From Octopus vulgaris (taxonomy: Eukaryota): 64,000 bases of DNA. Under the pieces are notes generated by a model. The model did not search any database and was not told the origin of the DNA. It saw nothing but the letters and a program-made list of their open reading frames with translations. The position numbers and the translations under genes were made by a program. Position 1 is the stretch's first letter; every line of letters begins with the position of its first letter. This document shows, piece after piece, positions 56,122 through 64,000 of this stretch. Location: contig OX597824.1 in assembly GCA_951406725.2 (NCBI GenBank), forward strand, positions 98,022,001 through 98,086,000, given 5' to 3'.

Positions 56122-57171
56122 CAATGTTGTATACCGTCAGCTGTTGGTTGTTAAATCTGCCAGGAATTGGCCTCGCATTAAGAAGCGTGGGGAGAGGAAA
56201 CTTTGAACTTATTGCTTCGGTTTGTCGGTGTGGTTGGTCTGTGGTGGTGAGTTGTTGAGTTGATGGAAATGTGTTTCTTGGGCTGAATGAAGAAGTAAAT
56301 GGAACAACTGCCACAAGCATTTCACAGAAGATTTTCTCATCGCTCATAACGACAAACTGCGTTGGGCCTTCGCAGATGACAACAGCAATGGTTACAGACT
56401 GGGAGAGCGGTGCTGCTTAGAGATTGCGGCGAGCTACTGATGCGGCAACATGTCTTGACCGTCTTCCTGGCTCCTCTCATTGGCAAGAACAGAAGCATAT
56501 TTTACTCGGTTGTCTCAACATTCTGCAATAAATTACCGCCAAAACGGACATTTATAGGGCACGAGAAGATTCTAGAAGAAGGCTTGACGTTGATTGGTTG
56601 CTTAATTGACTGATCACGTGAATTACTGTAGTACGGTCATGATGTCTGACCGGGTATCTAAAGATTCGGTTTCGAATCCCCGCAACAAAATTTTAGTAAT
56701 CTAAACACCCAGAAACCGGAATATCCTTCGGACCTTCAGGCAGACTTAAACTATAAGGTAGAAGGACACATATTGCTGTGATGTAGTACTAACTTCTAGC
56801 AAATGGAATGGTCGTAGCTGGACTGTCTTTCACAAAAACATGATGATGTAGATGAAATGATAATTCTGCGTTGATGGTTTTAACACCAGCCCAGCCCAGC
56901 CCAGGCCAAAATAACTATGATCAATAGAGTTCCAACCGTGACTATTCCATCTATTCTATTCTTAGTATTTCAGAATCAGTGGATCTAGAGACGCATTGCT
57001 CGGTGTGTCTGTTTAAAATGAAAGACAATAATCTGAAGGAGATTTGGCAGCTGTTTCTAGTACATCGAGCGACCATTTTGAGAGCTGTTCGGTTGGTGGA
57101 CATTTTTTGTTAGTAGGAGAGAGAGACAGACAGGCAGAGACAGACAGAAAGATAGAGACGGACAGACAAAC

Positions 57172-57214
<43 letters not shown>

Positions 57215-57656
57215 CTTGCAGGCGAGCAGGCCAACAGACAGACAGGCAAGCAAGCAGACGGTCAGACGAGCAGGCGGACAGGCATTAGGTGGAGTGTTTG
57301 GAGAGGAAGGCAAACAAGGTGACGGGGAGAGCGAAAAGACAGAGAATGTAAGGAAAAAGAGGGGGAGGAATGTAAAGGTAAGCAGAAGGGACATGAATGA
57401 GGAGGAGGAGGAGGAGGAGGAGGAAGGGTCAGGGTTGGCTTGACGGAGGTGGTCACACTGGTCATCGTATGACCTAAAGGTTATATTATGACCACTGTGA
57501 TCTGGTCATATATGACATCTCACCCCCAGACACTATTTACCATTCGCCAGATTATTATATAAAGACATACATATATGCGTGTATATGTATGTGTATATGT
57601 ATATATATATGTATATGTGTGTGTTAATATATATATATATATATGTGTGTGTGTTG

Positions 57657-57712
<56 letters not shown>

Positions 57713-57747
57713 GTATGTATATATATATGTATGTATGTATGTATGTA

Positions 57748-57780
<33 letters not shown>

Positions 57781-59282
57781 ATATATATGTATGTATGTAT
57801 ATATTACACAGCTAATTGCTTTCACATCATATTTCGATTCATTACTCTGTCTGTCTGTCTGGCTGTCGCTCTCTCTCTCTCTCTCTCTCTTCTGTATCTC
57901 CCTCTCTGTCTCTCTTTCCCTTTCTCACTCTTCTTTTCTCTCTTTCTCTCTTCATTGTCATTCGTGTTGCATTATTATTGCCTCCACAGTTTTTGTTTTT
58001 CCTCTTATTCCATCCGTGGCCCTCCCGTCTATATTCACTCATAGTGAAGCCACAACTATATCATCCACTCTTTTCTTCTCTTTTTCTTCAAGTCGCTGGC
58101 ACGTCATTGAAGGTTGATTTGACAGCTATTTCTAGCGGGTTCAACGACCACATTGAGACTCCTGGCAACATTGCTATTGTTGTTGTTATTCTTGTTACAT
58201 TTTCTCTCCCAAACGTCCATCTTCATCAGATCCTCCCCCTCCATTCCCCCTTCACTCTCCCTCTCTCTCTCTCTCTCTCTCCCTCTCTCCTCCTCTCTCT
58301 GAGATCTCGTCTAATAACGTTATGCGATTCCTATTCAGTTCTCTCAGCACGACATTAAGTGGGTCCACGTCCGTCATAGCCAAGCCTTTAGGGTTTCTAA
58401 GGTCCCGGCAACTCACTCTAAAACCCCTCTAACCCCCGCACTGCACAGAAATTACCACTGACCCCTCCCTCAGTCCCACTCTTTCTCTCCCTCTTTTTCT
58501 TCTACAGCTTTCTTTTTCCTCTTTCTCTTTGTCCCCCTCTCTTATCTCCCTCACACTTTCCTTTTCTTCCCAGCATCCTCACCCACTTTCACTCCCACTT
58601 TCTCCCTTCCACTCTCCACATTCTCTCTTTCTATCTCTGTCTCTCATGCTCTCCCTTACTCTCTCCCTCCCTCCCTCTTCCTCTCTCTCTCTCTCCTCTG
58701 ACGTCAAACTCTTTAATTTATTTAATTTCCCGTAATTCCAATCTTCCTCCTTCAACCGACGCCTCCCTTCTCCCCCTCCCCTCGCTTCCACCACATTTAT
58801 TAATGGCGCCATTTCAACACCACACCCACCACTAATAGCTTCCCTGTAGTCACTCCAGTAACATTACTAACACCACTTCAACACAACTACAAACATCACC
58901 AACAAGAACAACACTGTCAACCAACAAGAGGGCTTGTGTGTGATTTCTCGACTAGAAATAACAATTAAATCTCCGTCGAACTAAACATTTCTCTTTTATG
59001 CAAGATAGAACACTTTAGATAATGTAGTGTGAATAAAAGATGGGACAGTCACGGCTGGAACTTCCTACCCCTTAGGTTTTCCGCTTCTGATGTCACCGCT
59101 GCAATAATAAAACCTTCACCAGCAATTTGTGAAATTCAACCAAGAAGGTTCCCTATCGTCACTCCAGTGTCATTGTTAACACCACTTCAACAATCCTGCC
59201 ACTTAGCAACATCCTCGTTCCTCGTTCTCCACTCAATCCAGACACATCAACAACATCGACAATAACAAGCATAAAACACACA

Positions 59283-59329
<47 letters not shown>

Positions 59330-59410
59330 GCAGCAACACCATTCATAACTGCATCAGTCCCAAACACTCCCCTAGATGTACGCCAGTCATAAGTGCAGAT
59401 AAAAGATTAC

Positions 59411-59660
59411 AGGATCCTGACGGCTGCAGTTTGTGTCGGTCGCCATCGTGACTTCAGGTGTTCTCGAACCCCGTGCTCCAGATTTCCTCCGCAAAATCGA
59501 GATAACTGCAACCCGTCTGAGAAATGAGCTACTCGGGGTGCGGGGTGGCTGTTGCAAAGTGTGTCGCTGGCCATTCTCTGTGGCAAGGCCTTTGCAATCG
59601 CGTCTGTGAGGCGCGACTGAACATGTCGATGAGAGAACATCTTTGCAGTCGCTTGTATGG
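59411..59660 (-). other. possible exon or conserved non-coding island
   Basis: CpG-rich unique sequence; minus-strand acceptor TTCTTCTCTTATTTCTAG; two frames open; weak donor GTAATC; no recognisable domain. Confidence 0.25.
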
Positions 59661-59811
59661 CTAGAAATAAGAGAAGAATCTCCCTCAAATAAAATCTTAT
59701 CGAGGGATACTTTGGAACAATGGACTCCCTGATAGACAAAACATTAACTGCTTACAACTGCAACTACAAAAGGAAACCATTCTTAAATTGTCTATTACGA
59801 ACCTTTCTCTC

Positions 59812-59856
<45 letters not shown>

Positions 59857-60391
59857 ATCTATCGGTTTGTTCTGTCTATCTGTCAATCTATCTAAATGTC
59901 TCTCTCTCTCTATTTCTCTTCCTATCTCCCTTCTCTCTCTCTCTCTCTCTTTCTGTCCTTTTATATTATCTGACTCTTTCTGTTTCTTATTTACTCTCTC
60001 TCTCTCTCTCTTTCTCTCTCTTTATCTATGTCACCCCCTCTCTCTTCTCTCTTTTCCTCATTCTATAGCAATTTCCTTCAGCCTGCCATCTCGCCCCCGC
60101 CTTTTTCTTTCTCCGCATCTCTCCCCATAATGGAATAAATACGGAAAGAAAAGAAAGAAATGAGAAAAAAACACGACACAAGAAACGGATCGGTTTTTGT
60201 GTGCGTTCGGCCATATTGCCAGAGCGCAGACAGGAAGCGCTTCCAATATGTGGTCACCTTCCCACCGCTTTAACTTTCTGGACAATCACTTCCAATTTCC
60301 TCCTTCTTCAAACAAACGTTGCTATTTTCATACATTTTACCTTCAGGCTATGGGTTGCCCCAAATCTACTCCCCATCCCCTTCATTCACAC

Positions 60392-60633
60392 TCTTCTTCT
60401 TCTTCTTCTTCTTCTTCTTCTTCTTCTTCTTCTTCTTCTTCTTCTTCTTCTTCTTCCTCCTCCTCCTATTCTTTTTCTTTTTCTCCTCTTCTTCTTCTTC
60501 TTCTTCTTCTTCTTCTTCTTCTTCTTCCTATTCTTTTTCTTTTTCTCCTCTTCTTCTTCTTCTTCTTCTTCTTCTTCTTCTTCTTCTTCTTTTTTCTCCT
60601 TCCTCCTCTTTTTCTTCTTCTTCTTCTTCTTCT
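60392..60633. repeat. (TTC)n polypyrimidine tract
   Basis: Directly visible. Confidence 0.95.
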
Positions 60634-60679
60634 TTGAGTGTCCAGCAAAAGGACATGATGTATATGACTTCTAACTCAC

Positions 60680-62043
60680 AACGGTCCGAGTTCAAAACCG
60701 ACCGAGATCACCTTTGTTTTTTCATCCCTCAAGGGGTCAATAAAATAAAGTAGCAGTCAAGTACCGGGGTTCATATAGCTGACCATTCCGGTCCCCTCCA
60801 AATTTCAGGCTTTGCGTCTAAATTAGCAACGATTACGACGACTAGTATTGCTGCTACTACTACTACAACCACCATCGCCACCACCATCACCACCGCCACC
60901 ACCACCACCACCACCACTAGTATTACTCGGTGGGATTGGAACTACAAAACCAGAATGATGAATCAAATGAACCGATACATTGAGGCCATCTTTATTATTT
61001 ATCCCTCTCTGACTTCTCTCTCTCTCTCCCTCCTCTCTCTCTCTCTCCATCCTCTCTCTCTCCCTCCTCTCTCTCTCTCTCCCTCCTCTCTCTCTCTCTC
61101 TCCTTCTCTCTGTATCTCTGTTTCTGTCGCTATATACGTATGTGTTTATGTGGTTGTGTGGTAAGAAGCTAAATGGTAAATTCCTTATTAGACAACACAT
61201 CTAAATTCTAAAAAATTCATTGAGAATGCAGAGGACAAATACTCCTTGCTACCGTAGGTAAAAATGCTGAGGGGCGCCGACTCGATTACATTGACCCTAG
61301 GGCTCAACTGGTGCTTATCATATCGACCTCAAAAAGATGAAAGGCACAGTCGATTGGTGACAATTGAACTAAGAACGTTAAGAGCTGGAAGAAAAGCCGT
61401 TACGCATTTTGTAAGGCGTGCTTAACGAGTCTGCCAGCTCGCCGCCTTACAAACTATAGATAATGGCAGTAATTCACACTGAACATTACTATTCCGAGAT
61501 TATAGTGAAGACCCTTGCTCAAGGTGTTACACCGTGAGATAAAATCCAGAGTCAGGTGGCTGTGAGCCAGGCAGCCATGTCAACGAACGAATTAATTAAA
61601 ATAATATTAGCAATTAAGTTAATCTATTCTTTACCTCAACACATCATTAATTCGAATTACGCCGTTGATCTCATTAGCAATAGTTATTGATATTATTTTA
61701 TTTACAGTCATAAAGAGCATTTATAAAAAGTAGCAATACAACGAAGAGCCTCCTGTGGGACTGTCGGACGACATCTTGAAATAATGACTAACACACTTCG
61801 TGCCTGCAACTCTGCTCATTACACCTTGTTCACACCTCGGTACACGGTTTAGTGCTGAGGAACAGGGAATAAAATGGCCGACGTTATATCAGATGACAAC
61901 AAAGTCACGTACGTTTAGATTCCGCAACACCTATCGGCGGCCATATTGTTTATTCTCTCGCTTTCTCTTTTTCTCTATCATGTGTGTGTGTGTATCTATG
62001 TTTGCATATACACCTCATTTAATATACAGATGTGCGCGTGTGT

Positions 62044-62098
<55 letters not shown>

Positions 62099-62252
62099 CA
62101 TTGTATACTTCTCTCCCTCTCTCTCTCTTTCTCAATCTCTCACACGCCGAGGTCGACTTTGCCTTAATCCTTTCGGGGTCGAAAAAGGCAAAATACCGCT
62201 AAGCATCTTGCCCGGCGTGCTAACGATTCCACCAGCTCACCTTGTTAATAAT

Positions 62253-62288
<36 letters not shown>

Positions 62289-62298
62289 AATAATAATG

Positions 62299-62340
<42 letters not shown>

Positions 62341-62490
62341 GTTTCAACTTTTGCTACAACGACAGCTATTTTGAGGAGGAGACGATTATATCGATCACAA
62401 TGTTCAACTGGTATTTGTTTTATCGACCTCGAAAGGATGATAGGCAAAGTGGGCTTCGGTGGAATTTGAACTCAGAACTGAGTGACGGGC
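60680..62490. mobile_element. cluster of diverged SINE family A relics (about 60680-60825 +, 61275-61448 -, 62146-62240 mixed, 62385-62490 -)
   Basis: Partial matches to the family A core and head. Confidence 0.65.
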
Positions 62491-62907
62491 AAATCAATAA
62501 GAAGAAGAAGAAGAAGAAGCTAAATGCGTACTCAATGACCTCAAATCTACTCCCCCACTTTTCCCCACTCCCTACATAACAGGTGAAACAGTCTGGGTGT
62601 TCTGATTAAGCGAAATATCGTCAATATTTCCAGAGAAACTCTTCAGTCTTCGAGATAGCAACTTTCCCTAAAGAATTCACCAATCTTTCAATGCAATATC
62701 GTGCTTTCTTTATACACCACCCTACCGACATTTGTGTGTTTATGTTATATGCATCCAATATATATCTACGAATATTTGTATATAGATACAGAAACGCTAT
62801 ACATGTGTGTATTAATTATATACATCTTGTTTGCATATAAAAATGTTAATGTATATATATATATATATATGACTTACATGTGTATATATTATACAGAATA
62901 CACACAT

Positions 62908-62961
<54 letters not shown>

Positions 62962-62965
<4 letters not shown>

Positions 62966-63198
62966 TAGAGATAAAACCACTATTATATAACTCAAACAGT
63001 GATAGACATAAACCAAAACATAAATAACAAATAATATATATTTTTATAAAACATATAACTAGATCTCAAAATGCATAGAAATGAATAATCAATATATAAT
63101 GAGTAAAAAAAATCTACGTACGTTTCATGGCTATAATTAAATTCGAATTACAATTAAATTTAAATTTAATTGAAATTCGAATTCAATTTAAAATTATT
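62962..63198 (-). mobile_element. 5'-truncated PLE-like tail in (TA)n with half hammerhead
   Basis: Minus strand GAAAC-GUAC-GUA (plus 63115-63126) preceded by an AT-rich palindrome; CUGANGA absent; (TA)n on both sides. Confidence 0.45.
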
Positions 63199-63293
63199 AT
63201 ATATATATATGTACATATATATTTATATATACATATATATATATATACATGTGTGTGTGTGTGTGTGTGTGTCTGTGTATGTATGTATCTATG

Positions 63294-63326
<33 letters not shown>

Positions 63327-63370
63327 GTATATATATATATGTGTATATATATATATATACATATATAGAT

Positions 63371-63501
<131 letters not shown>

Positions 63502-63522
63502 CATACATACACACACACACAT

Positions 63523-63585
<63 letters not shown>

Positions 63586-63587
63586 AT

Positions 63588-63664
<77 letters not shown>

Positions 63665-63675
63665 TCTCAAATCTT

Positions 63676-64000
63676 AGTAATCCATGGGATTTATCATCGG
63701 AGGATTATAAGAGGCCAAAAAATTGGGGTAGGAGTTGTGGAAATTCTCTGACAACCACTTCTGACTCCATCTGAAAGTATTGCAAAGGGCTAAATCCAGC
63801 TGCCACAAATATGCCTTCCAGCAGCAACTTTCTCCAGCCAGGGTTTCACTACAGTCTCCAGAAGCTTCACGCCTGAATTGAGCCCTGTTTAAAGATGTAG
63901 GGGTACGTAACGTTATCCTCACTGGAGACTCATCGAAAGACAATAAGGGTCTGGGGAAACTTGGTTTTCAGGATTCCCATATCACAATTTACAGCGTTTA
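63676..64000 (-). mobile_element. degraded Tc1/mariner-superfamily transposase (maT/DD37D-like) catalytic fragment
   Basis: Frameshifted [55 protein letters not shown], similar to WQQD.AP.H and WPP.SPD.NP.DY. Confidence 0.8.

Noticed and set aside
62610-62655. Minus-strand CTGAAGA...GAAA match
   Set aside because: No stem II pairing and only a 2-bp stem I.

Overview
AT-rich, microsatellite-saturated eukaryotic non-coding DNA (intergenic or a very large intron). The SINE families and repeat content most resemble an octopus/coleoid cephalopod genome (inference from recalled repeat sequences, not a search). I found no intact protein-coding gene, rRNA, tRNA or CRISPR array, and nearly all listed ORFs are translations of simple repeats. 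Recognisable content: many tRNA-headed SINE copies (several with 14-18 bp target-site duplications); degraded LINE relics (Tx1/L1-like, RTE, R4/Dong-like); Penelope-like element (PLE) coding relics (RT-thumb NGYP region, GIY-YIG); Tc1/mariner relics and a MITE; and a Helitron 3' end. The most interesting signal is a set of type I hammerhead-ribozyme (HHR) motifs from about five apparently unrelated sequence families. Most lie in outward-facing inverted-repeat pairs in or next to microsatellites, including a perfect 61-bp-arm palindrome (14403-14527) with one HHR per strand. There are also candidate cis-regulatory islands (CRE/nuclear-receptor cluster, CTCF-like and YY1-like sites) and one possible exon.
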